The translations under genes and the position numbers were made by a program. Shown piece after piece: positions 19,569-29,245 of a DNA stretch of 64,000 nt. The notes under the pieces are model-generated. The model had not been told where the DNA came from. It made no database searches and worked only from the letters and a program-made list of their open reading frames with translations. Position 1 is the first letter of the stretch. Each line of letters starts with the position of its first letter. The DNA is from Acidimicrobiia bacterium (lineage in GTDB: Bacteria > Actinomycetota > Acidimicrobiia > Spongiisociales > ZC4RG35): contig CBDCGI010000022.1 of assembly GCA_965216725.1 (NCBI GenBank), forward strand, positions 147,222 to 211,221, given 5' to 3'.

Positions 19569-20500
19569 GCTATCGCCTTGGCGCCCAGCCTTACTCTGGG
19601 ATCGATGTAGGCATAAGCGACGTCTATGAGAAGGTTCATCACCACGATCGCTGTGGCCGTGAAAAGTGCAAGAGCCTGCACCACGGGGAAATCCCTGGCG
19701 TTCGCAGCCTCGAAGGCAAGAAGCCCCACTCCCGGCCAGCCAAAGACGATCTCTACGACGGTGGCTCCGGTGAGCATCCGCACTGCGATGCCGCCGAAGA
19801 AGGTGAGCGGGGCTATGGAAGCGGGCTTGAGGGCGTGCTTGATGATTACCTTGAGTTCCGCAACGCCCTTTAGGCGTGCCAACTTCACGTACTCGGTGCC
19901 TAACGTTTCCAGCATCGCCGATCTGAACAATCTCAGGAGAGCCGCGATCCCGAACAAGGCGATCACAAAGCTGGGCAAGATGTAGCTCCTCCAGCTGCTG
20001 ATCCCCGAGGTTGGAATGAAGTCCCATGGGACCGCCACCAGCCAGATGAGGACGATGGCGAGCCAGAACTCCGGCACCGACTGTCCGAAGAGGGCGAGTC
20101 CCTTGGCAATCCGATCAGCAAGCGATCCGCGCTTCACTGCGGACAGGACACCTAACGGAACTCCGATGACAATCGTCAGCATGGTGGCGACCGCGCCCAG
20201 CTTGATCGAGGCCGGCAGGCGATCCGCGATGACTGATCCCGCCGTCTCGGTGGGGTACAGGAAAGACGGTCCGAAGTCACCCTTTACCGCGTTTCCGATG
20301 AACGAGATGTACTGCTGAATCAGTGGCTCATCGAGGCCCCATTGTTCACGTAGGGCTGCCTCATCCTCCCGGCTCATGTCGACTGGTGCGAGCACGTCGA
20401 GGGGGTCCCCGGTGAGTCGAGCAAGGAAGAACACAATCAATGAGACCGCGAATAGCGTTAGGAGACCGCGGATGCTGTTGATGAGGATGTACCGCGCCAT
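19565..20500 (-). CDS. ABC transporter permease (DppB/OppB-like)
   Basis: 311 aa. The N-terminus MARYILINSIRGLLTLF and the loop YVKLARLKGVAELKVIIKHALKP are typical of family-5 importer permeases. Confidence 0.9.
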   Translation of the reverse strand: MARYILINSIRGLLTLFAVSLIVFFLARLTGDPLDVLAPVDMSREDEAALREQWGLDEPLIQQYISFIGNAVKGDFGPSFLYPTETAGSVIADRLPASIKLGAVATMLTIVIGVPLGVLSAVKRGSLADRIAKGLALFGQSVPEFWLAIVLIWLVAVPWDFIPTSGISSWRSYILPSFVIALFGIAALLRLFRSAMLETLGTEYVKLARLKGVAELKVIIKHALKPASIAPLTFFGGIAVRMLTGATVVEIVFGWPGVGLLAFEAANARDFPVVQALALFTATAIVVMNLLIDVAYAYIDPRVRLGAKAIA

Positions 20501-20531
20501 CAGAACTCCAGGTTATGGGCGGTGGGCCGCT

Positions 20532-21713
20532 TCATAAGCCTGATTCGACGATGTAGAGCCCATCTCCATGCCGATCGCCGACGTACACCAGCCCATCCGA
20601 ATCGGCATAGACGTCATTGAATTGGATGGAATCTCGGCCCGGTGGGTTAGGCGGCACGAGGTGCGCTATCTCGACGGGCTCGGAAGGTTCAGAGATGTCG
20701 TAGGCGCGTAGCCCTCCGCCGAAGTAGGTGAGGTAGATCAGATTGGGATCTGCCAAGGCTCCGGGCCTCATCTCATGGAGGTTGTGAGGCCCCCATCTGA
20801 TGCCCTGTTCATGGAGTGGTCCGGGTGGTACCGGGAATCGGGTGATGACCGTGGGAGCGGTCTCGTCGGAGATGTCGACGACCCAGACATGACGTTGGGT
20901 TCCTATCCATCTCGTGAGCTGTTCGTCGGTGACGATGAGGATGTCCCGTCCTGGTGGCCGAAGCGCAGTGTGGGTGTTCCGACTCTCCGGCCCGAAGAGG
21001 AGCGACGCAACCATGGATGGCTCCGTCGGATCGCTGATATCCAATATCACCAAGCCTCCATCCCAATAGCCGGCATAGGCCCTGTCGCCATAGGGGAGAG
21101 CGTGGTGGAGTTGGAATTGCCGTCCTTCGTCGCCCGGACCGGGTTCGTCTGAAGGTTTCCAAGACGGCGTTTCCTGTCCGCCTATGTGTTGGCCGGGATA
21201 CCACCACCGTCCGGCCTCCGTTGGGTCCGTCGGGTCCGACAAGTCGACAATTTGAAGGAATCGGCCTTCATATCCGTCGTCTGACGCCGACACGAGCGCA
21301 TGGGCTCCCTCCCACCATGCCATTCTGTGGACTCCGACCCCGGAGACGGGATAGAAGCCGATTTCGGTCGGTTTGGCTGGGTCGGACACGTCATAGATTG
21401 CCAGGCCAGCGCTCCATGACCTGGGTGGCTCGCGCTCGAAACGGTTTCGTTCGTGGTTGACGAGAAGAAGCCCGTCGCGAACCTGCACCTTGTGTGTGTG
21501 AGTGCCGGCCGGGCGCTCAATCTGTGCAATCAGCGAGGGGTTTCTGGGATCGGTGACGTCGATGATCGAGGTCCCGAGATTGTTGTATCCCATGTGTCCG
21601 ACATAGGCCACCCCGTCTACGACGTTGATGTGCATCAGATCGCCTTTGCCGTCCAAGCTTGTATGACCGACAACGGTCATTGGGCGGCTTGTATCTAATG
21701 CATCTTCTCTCAT
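20532..21713 (-). CDS. LVIVD-repeat beta-propeller protein (no signal peptide seen)
   Basis: 393 aa. It repeats h-h-h-D-h-S-D-P-x-x-P units: SIIDVTDPRNP, LAIYDVSDPAKP, LQIVDLSDPTDP, LVILDISDPTEP, VWVVDISDETAP and LRAYDISEPSEP. The ATG overlaps the upstream stop as ATGA. Confidence 0.75.
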   Translation of the reverse strand: MREDALDTSRPMTVVGHTSLDGKGDLMHINVVDGVAYVGHMGYNNLGTSIIDVTDPRNPSLIAQIERPAGTHTHKVQVRDGLLLVNHERNRFEREPPRSWSAGLAIYDVSDPAKPTEIGFYPVSGVGVHRMAWWEGAHALVSASDDGYEGRFLQIVDLSDPTDPTEAGRWWYPGQHIGGQETPSWKPSDEPGPGDEGRQFQLHHALPYGDRAYAGYWDGGLVILDISDPTEPSMVASLLFGPESRNTHTALRPPGRDILIVTDEQLTRWIGTQRHVWVVDISDETAPTVITRFPVPPGPLHEQGIRWGPHNLHEMRPGALADPNLIYLTYFGGGLRAYDISEPSEPVEIAHLVPPNPPGRDSIQFNDVYADSDGLVYVGDRHGDGLYIVESGL

Positions 21714-22714
21714 CGACGGATTCCGTGGATGATCCGTTCGACGTTTCCGGTGAGGATCTGCTGTTTGTCATGATCGGTGAGGCCTGCAACTGACTCGACA
21801 AAACGCACCGGTGACCGTTCCGCCATTGGATACGGATAGTCGGTCCCGACGACGACCTGACCCGGGCCTACCAAGTCGATGAGGAACGACAGCGCCTCTG
21901 GGACATGCACCAAACTGTCGAAGTACAGGCCCTTCACGTATTCCAGCGGTGAGCGCGAAATGTTGACGGCCGTCGCATCGGCGTTCATTTGGTAACCCTT
22001 CTCCCACCTTCCGATCTGATAGGGCATGTATCCACCGCCGTGGACCATGCAGAGGACGAGATCCGGATATCTCTCGAGAACACCGCCAAACAGCAGATGA
22101 GCGATGGCGATTGTCGATTCGGCCGGTCTTCCAAAGATGTTCGACAAGAAGAAACGACTCAGGTCATAGCCGGCGAGCGGATCGTAGGGATGGAGCAGGA
22201 TCATGCAGCGAGTGTCGTTGGCGACCTCCCAGAAGGAATCGAGACCGGCGTCGGCGAGATGGACGCCATTGACGGTCGACGCCACCTCCACTCCGACCAT
22301 CCCGAGCTCTGACACGAGGTAGCCCAGCTCCTCTGCTGCGCTTTTCGGTGCTTGAAGCGGAACGGTGCCCAGGCCCAGGAGGCGGCCGTCTTGGGAGGCG
22401 ACCTCGTCGGCAAGGATCTGGTTGAACTTGCGAGCGTATTCGGCTCCGGGAACCGGATCGAGGGAGTAGGCACTGAAGTCAGTGCGATGTGACACGAGTT
22501 GGACGTCGACTCCGCCCTCATCCATCGCGGCAACCCTGGCATCTAGGTCGAACAGGGCGCTGGGAAATGGGCCAATCACCTTCTGGCCGGCCAGCCGTAG
22601 CATGTCGTCTCCTGCATCGTTCAGGAAGTGCTCTATCCCGAATGCCTGACCGTCGGATTTCAACAACGCCATCAGCTCGGCTGGCACGATGTGGGCGTGG
22701 ACGTCGTAGATCAT
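21710..22714 (-). CDS. Amidohydrolase_2 family TIM-barrel enzyme (ACMSD / decarboxylase-hydratase-like)
   Basis: The start is taken at MIYDVHAHIVP (HxH metal motif) at 22714, an ATGA overlap with the Mo-subunit stop. Further motifs are ILLHPYDP, MVHGGGYMPYQ and VVGTDYPYP. Confidence 0.85.
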   Translation of the reverse strand: MIYDVHAHIVPAELMALLKSDGQAFGIEHFLNDAGDDMLRLAGQKVIGPFPSALFDLDARVAAMDEGGVDVQLVSHRTDFSAYSLDPVPGAEYARKFNQILADEVASQDGRLLGLGTVPLQAPKSAAEELGYLVSELGMVGVEVASTVNGVHLADAGLDSFWEVANDTRCMILLHPYDPLAGYDLSRFFLSNIFGRPAESTIAIAHLLFGGVLERYPDLVLCMVHGGGYMPYQIGRWEKGYQMNADATAVNISRSPLEYVKGLYFDSLVHVPEALSFLIDLVGPGQVVVGTDYPYPMAERSPVRFVESVAGLTDHDKQQILTGNVERIIHGIRR

Positions 22715-24987
22715 TCGATTGTGTCTCCAGTGGCGTCTGCGGACTGGATAGCTGCCCAGACTCTCGCAGGGGTAAGGGGAAAACTGAGTGAGTGCACACC
22801 CAAAGGCCGCAAGGCATCCAGGGTGGCGTTCAGGATCGCGGGGGGTGCACCTATGCAACCTGCCTCGCCCGCTCCTTTCGCCCCCAGCGGATTCGACGGC
22901 GCAGGATGGGTGGTGCGGCTTGTCACCAACGGCATGGGTTGAGCGGCCGACGGAATCAGATAATCCATGAAGCTCGTTGTGAGCGGTTGGCCATCGGCGT
23001 CATAGACGAAATGTTCAAGTAGCGACTGGCCGACACCCTGGAGCACCGAGCCATGAACTTGGCCTTCGACCACCATTGGGTTGACCACTTTCCCACAGTC
23101 GTCGACGGCGACCAGTCTCTGCAGCCCAACCAGCCCAGTGTCGAGGTCTACTTCGACAACAGCCACGTATGCCCCATAGGGAAAGGTTTGAGCCTGCGGG
23201 TTGAACATCTCCTCGGCCGCCAGCTCCCTACCTTGTGACGCGGCCTCTTGTGCCAAATCGGGGAGTCCAAGCTCGGAGCCGGGCGACCCCACCACCTTGA
23301 CTTTGCCGTCCACCAATTCCAGATCTTCGATGGCAGCTTCAAGCATCTCGGCTGCCAGTTCAAGGACCTGACCGCGGACCACCTCGGCCGACTTGAACAC
23401 GGCGGATCCGCCCAGCTGAAGTGACCTACTCGCAAAGCTGCCCACGCTTTCAGGGACTTCCTTGGTGTCGCCGGCGTGGAATACCACCTGATCAACTGGG
23501 ACGCCGAAGAACGATGCAGCGATCTGTGACCAAACCGTCCGGTGCGCCTGGCCTGCGGCCGTCGATCCTGTGCGAACGACGAGCGATCCGTCTTCGGCGA
23601 TTGAGACTTTCCCCCACTCACCCGACCCAAGGGCGCCTCCGGCGCGCTCGATAAACGTGGCGATTCCAATGCCAATTGGGTTGCCGCCGGATGTCCGTCG
23701 CTCATTCTGAATGGCGCGCCACTCCTCAACCTGCGCAGTAGCAAGGGCAAGGTTCATCGCAGCCTCGTAATCGCCCGAGTCGTAGAGGGCACCGGTATGT
23801 GAGGAGAAGGGCAACTGGTCCTTGCGGATCATGTTCTTTCTCCGGACTTCCTCGGGTCTCATTCCGATCTTCGCCGCGAATTCATCGACAGCTCTTTCGA
23901 TCGTTATTGCCGCTTCGGGGCGTCCTGCTCCGCGATAGGGGCCGGTTGGCGCCGCATTGGTGACGGCAACCGCCGCCCGTACGCTCAGGTGCTCGATGTC
24001 GTAGAGGCCCTGGGACACGTACTGGGAGAAATACGGAATTCGCGAGCCGGTGCTGGGATATGCACCGATGTCGCCGAGCATCTCAGACCTCAGGTAACGG
24101 ATGCGCCCGTCGTAGTCGCCGCCGATCCAGGCCCTGACTTGTTGTGACCTGCCGTGGGTGCCCGAGCGAAGTTGCTCTCGTCGGCCTTGGATCCAGGCCA
24201 CCGGACGGCCCAGTCTCGAAGCGATCGCCGCTACCACCGTGTACTCGGGGTAGAACTGGCCCTTGGTTCCGAAGGCTCCGCCTACGTTCGGGACGCGGGC
24301 CCGAATCTTCTCTGGTGGGATCCCGGCGTAGGGAGCCAGCTGATGAGGCAGGCGGCCCGGAGACTGATGTCCGCACCACACCTCCAATCCGTCTCCAATC
24401 GGGCGAACGAGGATGGCGAGCGGTTCGATCGTGGCGGGCGACAGGCGGGGGATGTCCAACTCGATGAACACCTCCACCTCCGCATCTGGGCGTGGCCCGT
24501 CCGTGCTGACGGTGGCGTCGTGGACCAGATTGGTGCCGGCATTCGGAAAGAGGAGGACCTGGTCGTCGGCGGCCTTGTCGAATCCGACGACGGCAGGAAG
24601 TGGCTCAATATCCACCCAGACCGACTCGGCAGCATCCACGGCTTGGACCGGTGTCTCCGCGACCACCACGGCTATTGGGTCGCCAACGTGCCGTATGCGG
24701 CCCCGTGCGAGGGGCGGCTGGCCCATTCCTTCGGCCGGCGGTGCCCCGCGTCCGGGTGACGAAGGCAGGTCCGGCAATTGGAGTTCGCTCGCGTCGAAGA
24801 CCGCCACCACCCCGGGCATGGCCAGGGCGGCGTCCAGTTCTGGCGGATCGAACGTTCCGTGAGCAAGCGGACTTCTGACGAAGGCGCAATGAAGCGTCTC
24901 GTCTCCGACTAGGTCGGCAACAAAGGTCCCTTGGCCGGAGACCAGGGCTTCGTCTTCGAGCCTCGTGACCGAGTCGCCGATCGTCAT
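22711..24987 (-). CDS. Xanthine dehydrogenase/aldehyde oxidase family molybdopterin-binding large subunit (CoxL/XdhB-like)
   Basis: 758 aa. The N-terminus is SVTRLEDEALVSGQGTFVADL and the near-C-terminal active-site loop is NPLGAKGAGEAGCIGAPPAI. No FeS or FAD subunit gene lies beside it. Confidence 0.88.
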   Translation of the reverse strand: MTIGDSVTRLEDEALVSGQGTFVADLVGDETLHCAFVRSPLAHGTFDPPELDAALAMPGVVAVFDASELQLPDLPSSPGRGAPPAEGMGQPPLARGRIRHVGDPIAVVVAETPVQAVDAAESVWVDIEPLPAVVGFDKAADDQVLLFPNAGTNLVHDATVSTDGPRPDAEVEVFIELDIPRLSPATIEPLAILVRPIGDGLEVWCGHQSPGRLPHQLAPYAGIPPEKIRARVPNVGGAFGTKGQFYPEYTVVAAIASRLGRPVAWIQGRREQLRSGTHGRSQQVRAWIGGDYDGRIRYLRSEMLGDIGAYPSTGSRIPYFSQYVSQGLYDIEHLSVRAAVAVTNAAPTGPYRGAGRPEAAITIERAVDEFAAKIGMRPEEVRRKNMIRKDQLPFSSHTGALYDSGDYEAAMNLALATAQVEEWRAIQNERRTSGGNPIGIGIATFIERAGGALGSGEWGKVSIAEDGSLVVRTGSTAAGQAHRTVWSQIAASFFGVPVDQVVFHAGDTKEVPESVGSFASRSLQLGGSAVFKSAEVVRGQVLELAAEMLEAAIEDLELVDGKVKVVGSPGSELGLPDLAQEAASQGRELAAEEMFNPQAQTFPYGAYVAVVEVDLDTGLVGLQRLVAVDDCGKVVNPMVVEGQVHGSVLQGVGQSLLEHFVYDADGQPLTTSFMDYLIPSAAQPMPLVTSRTTHPAPSNPLGAKGAGEAGCIGAPPAILNATLDALRPLGVHSLSFPLTPARVWAAIQSADATGDTIE

Positions 24988-25032
24988 GTGCGGCTGTGCC
25001 CCGGCCTGCTCGCGTCCCTCCGTCGTTCGCAG

Positions 25033-26367
25033 CTATCCAGTGTCGGCTCCGTTCTCCTTCAGGACCCAGATGCCTTCGCTGAGACCGCTCAAATACACGA
25101 ATCCCCTCGGATCGACCAGGACGTCTTGGGAGCAGACGTCGCGCACTCCGCTATGGACCACATCGAAGATCCGCATGTAGGGGCGGGGATCTACGACTTT
25201 GGCCGGTGTTGGCGGAAGAAACGAGGCCACCTCGGCTGGCGCGGCAGGATCGGAGACGTCGAACACCCGGAGTCCAGCGTTCATATAGGCGTTGTAGACC
25301 TTATCGCTGATTTGCATCGTTCCTTGATGGTTTTCGTGCAGGTTGTGCGGTCCGAATCGCTCCCCCTTCTGGTAGTAGGTCTCATATGGCTCATCGGCAG
25401 AGGGCTCAGGAACGGGAAGTGTCGAGATCTCACTCGGATTCGTTTCGTCCGAGATGTCCCAGAGGCGGATGTTTTTCGGTCCCTCGAGACCGAAATTCGC
25501 CATCGGCTCCTCACTGACGACGAGGATGTCTCTCCCCGGAAGGCGGACGCAAGAGTGGGTCTGGCCGTCGGTCAGCTCTGGGAACGTGCGCACATGACTC
25601 ACTAGTTCCGGACTCTCGGGCTCAGAGACGTCGACTATGGCGAACCCACCATCTGAATACGCCACATAGGCGCGGTCGCCATGGACGGATGGGAAGTGGA
25701 CGCCGAACGTCTCGTCTCGCAGTGGGGGAGGGCCGTCCCCACGTTGCACGGGGTGCCAGAAGTCGGTGATCCTCCGAGGCGACTCCGGATCTGATACATC
25801 GAGGATCGTCATGACTCTTGTTCGGTCCAGCCGCCAGTGGTATTTGACACCCGGAGCGTCGATCATGTTCGACAGGTAGGCGTACTTGCCGCCGTTCCAC
25901 CAGCTGCGGTGAACGCCGTAACCTCGTGGGTTCGTCCCCTCCCAATATGAGAGCTCTTTCGGCTGGGTGGGATCGGAGACATCAAAGAAGCGCACTCCTT
26001 TCCAGGCCTGGGATCCGTCAATTCCTGGTTTGAAGAATGCCGGTTCACAGGACGCCATGAGAATGCTGTCGGCAACCTGAATCTTGATATGCCAGGTGTG
26101 TTCGTTGGGGGTCGGGATGAATGCAGCCACTGCCGGATCTCGAGGCGACGAAACGTCCAAGACGCTGATACCCCCGGACCACGGATGCCCTACGTACAGG
26201 TAGTGATGATTACCGACGGTCTGAAACTGAAGTTGCTGGCCGTCGAGCCTGCCATCGACGTCGCTGTGCCCGATGATGTCGACGTTGGTGGCTATCGGAT
26301 CTTTGACCGGCTCGGCCGCAACGGTGCGCAAGGAGCGTTTCCACTCAGGTTCAACTGAGGACATCAT
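25033..26367 (-). CDS. LVIVD-repeat beta-propeller protein, paralog of 20532..21713
   Basis: 444 aa. Repeats are ISVLDVSSPRDP, VRFFDVSDPTQP, MTILDVSDPESP, FAIVDVSEPESP, IRLWDISDETNP and LRVFDVSDPAAP. No signal peptide is seen. Confidence 0.75.
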   Translation of the reverse strand: MMSSVEPEWKRSLRTVAAEPVKDPIATNVDIIGHSDVDGRLDGQQLQFQTVGNHHYLYVGHPWSGGISVLDVSSPRDPAVAAFIPTPNEHTWHIKIQVADSILMASCEPAFFKPGIDGSQAWKGVRFFDVSDPTQPKELSYWEGTNPRGYGVHRSWWNGGKYAYLSNMIDAPGVKYHWRLDRTRVMTILDVSDPESPRRITDFWHPVQRGDGPPPLRDETFGVHFPSVHGDRAYVAYSDGGFAIVDVSEPESPELVSHVRTFPELTDGQTHSCVRLPGRDILVVSEEPMANFGLEGPKNIRLWDISDETNPSEISTLPVPEPSADEPYETYYQKGERFGPHNLHENHQGTMQISDKVYNAYMNAGLRVFDVSDPAAPAEVASFLPPTPAKVVDPRPYMRIFDVVHSGVRDVCSQDVLVDPRGFVYLSGLSEGIWVLKENGADTG

Positions 26368-26476
26368 TTCCTTTCTATGGCCGCGCGAATCCGTCCGAAT
26401 GAACGCGACTCGCGAGTCGAGACCAGTTCAGGTGACCTAAGACGCCGGCAAGGATGGGGCTGGTCGGAAGCCACAC

Positions 26477-26501
26477 CCCCAAGGAGGGCTTTTCCTTGGG
26501 G
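26477..26501 (-). terminator. Intercistronic stem-loop just downstream of the SBP gene (attenuator or mRNA-stabilising hairpin)
   Basis: CCCCAAGGA (26477..26485) pairs perfectly with TCCTTGGGG (26493..26501) around a 7-nt loop. It lies about 22 nt 3' of the SBP stop (26523..26525) on the minus strand. There is no U-tract. Confidence 0.4.
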
Positions 26502-26522
26502 ATGCGACTTCATGTCTTCAAG

Positions 26523-28318
26523 TCAGCAAGCTTCGATGTACTCGACGAAGCTGAACTCGGCACTCATGTTGGCCCCTGGGTAGCTGTACCCGCATACGAC
26601 GTCAGAGTCGACGACCGTTTCCGAGAAGGTCCGCAGCAATGGGATATGTGGTGCCTCCTCGAAAATGACGTCACCGAAATCACGCCAGAGGACTGATTGT
26701 GCGGCCGGGTCGAGTTCCCGAAGCACTGCCTCGTACATGGTGTCCCAATCCACCATGCAAACGGCTCGTTGTGAGTCCTGATTGCAATAGCCGGCTGGTT
26801 CGAATCCCGTTACGTTCTCCGACGCCGTGTCGTCGAACTCGACCATTCTGTCGAATTCCCGTGCCTCACGAGAGGCTGAGAATTGCCCGCCGTCCATTGA
26901 CACCAGGTCCACTTCGAAGCCGGCATCTTGCAGCATCACGGCCACGGCCTCGCTGAGGTCGTCCTTTGCGAACACCTCGATGCTCACCGGCTCGCCAATT
27001 GCGTCCAAGATCGCTCGGGCCCCATCAGGGTCATACCCGATGTGCTCGTCGTAGCTCTCTTCCCACTCTGGGTTCCATGAGTCGGTCTGCTCTGGGAGCC
27101 AGTACCACATGAAGGCCGTCTCAGCTTCGCCTCCGAAGAAGGCGTCATTGAGAGCCTGCCGATCGATTGCTTTGTTGGCTGCAAGCCTGATGTCCTTGTT
27201 ACACCACGGGCTGTCCGGGTAGAGACGGTCCCCGCTGGTGAAGACATCGGCTGAGGCCGCACCGGGCTCGGGCGGCTCGAGGTAGTAGCAACCTTCAAGC
27301 GCCAGGCCGTAGCGTCGGCCCGGGAGTGCAGACTTGATGACCTGCATGCCCTGGCTTTCTGCCTCGTCTCCCAGCTCCTGGGGTAATGACGTCATGTGGA
27401 CCTCACCCGCCAAGAGAGCGGAAAGACGAGTCGCATCCTCGAGAATGTACCGGTACTCGATCTCGTCAAAGCTTCCGTTTTGGCGCCAGTGGTCGTAGGA
27501 GACCTTCTCAAACACCACGTTCTGGCCGGGCGTTCGCTCTACGAACTGATAAGGGCCGGTGCCGGCAAGAGGTGCCTCGTCCAAGCCCGGTGAAGCGGGC
27601 GATCCGCCACCTCGCGACTCCCAGTCTGCCTGGCTCTTGATCACTGCGCCTGCCGCGCCATAACTGATGCCCTCGAAGAATGCGAAGGACAGATCCTCGG
27701 AGACATGGAAGATGACCGTGTAGTCGTCAACTTTCTCGAATTCGTCGACGGCGTTGCGAACCGCCTCTGCCACGCCTGACACGGCACCGGGTGGGTCGAT
27801 CAGGTCGGTGAGGGAGAAGATCACATCGTCAGCAGTCATCTCTCCGAACCCGTTGTGGAATTGGACACCTTGCCTGAGGTTGAACGTGAGCTCGTCGCCG
27901 GCGTCGTTCAGTTCCCAACTCTCGGCCAGCATCGGGATCCACTGTGCTGTGAGTGGGTCGACGCCGACCAGGTTCTCGTACATCGGCTTCAGCTGGTATT
28001 CATCGTTGGGCTGGATATCCCTATTCGGGTTATTCGATTCACCTTGTTCCGGTGGGGGAACGGCAAAGACCAACCGTGACGCTTCTGCACCGTCGCCATC
28101 GCCATCACCATCTCCGTCGTCAGGAGCCTCGGTGGTGGGGAGCCTCCGGGAGTGGTACCACCCCCATCAGCAGTTGTGGTGGTGTCGTCGCCATCGTCGC
28201 TGGTGCAGGCCGCGGCGACCATCGCCAGACAGACCAATAGCGCGAACCAGCTTCTCAACCTCCAAGGTTTGCCCGATCGCAAGATGTACCTCCTCCTTGA
28301 TCTACGCAAAATTATCAT
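26523..28318 (-). pseudogene. Family-5 (DppA/OppA-type) ABC substrate-binding lipoprotein with a broken reading frame (true frameshift or 1-nt assembly error)
   Basis: The body ORF 26523..28073 (516 aa) has no signal peptide. A different frame (27989..28318) encodes MIILRR...WFALLVCLAMVAAACTSDDGDD, a signal peptide plus a lipobox Cys. The body frame opens only after TGA at 28167..28169. Adding one base in the short G/C runs at 28137..28140 or 28161..28165 joins the two frames. Confidence 0.7.
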
Positions 28319-28330
28319 TGATCAACTATC

Positions 28331-29188
28331 GTGGCAACCGAAACCGGCGGGTATCTGAGGAGCGCGAAAAAGCATGCAATCATGGGCGATCCATTGATGA
28401 CGGCCAAGGGCGAGATACACAAGAGATTTGTCGGCCAGACGGTTCTGGTCACCGGTGCCGGAACCGGTTTCGGGAGTGCAATCGCCCGTCGCGCCGGCCT
28501 GGAAGGGGCGCGAGTCGGTGTCCACTACAACAGCTCGAAGGCCGGAGCTGAGGAGACGGCCGCACAGATTCGCTCTGCTGGTTCGGAAGCGGCGGTTTTC
28601 CAAGCCGACATCAGCTCCTGGGACGCAGTCAAGGCCATGGCACAGGCCGTGTTTGAGGAATTCGGTGGCCTCGATGTCCTGGTCAACAACGTGGGAGACA
28701 TAGCCACCGAGCAGATGTCTTGGCGTGATGTGACTCAGGAGCTCGTCGACCGAGTGATTGACGTCGACATCAAAGGGACTCTCTACATGATCCACGAGTT
28801 CGGTTCGAGAATGCTCGAACAGGAAGGCGGCGGCTCCATTATCAATATTGGGTCGACGGTTGTTGTCAGAGGCAGCCCCCGTGCCCCCCAGTATGCGGCG
28901 GGCAAATACGGCGTGCTCGCCCTCACCAAGTCGTATGCCAGAGCTTTGGCACCAAAGGTCCGCGTGAATGCGTTTGCGCCCGGGTTCATGGAGACGGAAT
29001 CGACCCTGGCTCGGGAAGACTGGAAGGGTGGTCGCCGTGAGGCTCTCATTACCGCCACACCCGCGGGACGTATTCCGCCACCTGAAGATCTGGCGGGGGC
29101 AGCGCTGTTCCTAGCTACGGATGATGCCGAGCACATGGTGGGCACCTTTTCGGTTGCCGACGGCGGCTACAGCACAATCGGCGCCTGA
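28331..29188 (+). CDS. Short-chain dehydrogenase/reductase (SDR)
   Basis: It has the TGAGTGFGSA cofactor motif, NNVG, and the catalytic YAAGK. The start is uncertain: GTG 28331 in the track, with ATG alternatives at 28382 and 28397. Confidence 0.9.
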   Translation: MATETGGYLRSAKKHAIMGDPLMTAKGEIHKRFVGQTVLVTGAGTGFGSAIARRAGLEGARVGVHYNSSKAGAEETAAQIRSAGSEAAVFQADISSWDAVKAMAQAVFEEFGGLDVLVNNVGDIATEQMSWRDVTQELVDRVIDVDIKGTLYMIHEFGSRMLEQEGGGSIINIGSTVVVRGSPRAPQYAAGKYGVLALTKSYARALAPKVRVNAFAPGFMETESTLAREDWKGGRREALITATPAGRIPPPEDLAGAALFLATDDAEHMVGTFSVADGGYSTIGA

Positions 29189-29245
29189 GCATCACGGCCT
29201 AAGCATCGATCGGCACCGGGGGCGTGCGATCGTTAAGTTGCGCCC

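Noticed and set aside
19569-20027. 153-aa N-terminal extension of the DppC-like permease ORF, with analogous extensions at 18628..18735 and 22715..22858
   Set aside because: These are Arg/His-rich and overlap the upstream genes. Internal ATGs produce ATGA start/stop overlaps and normal N-termini.
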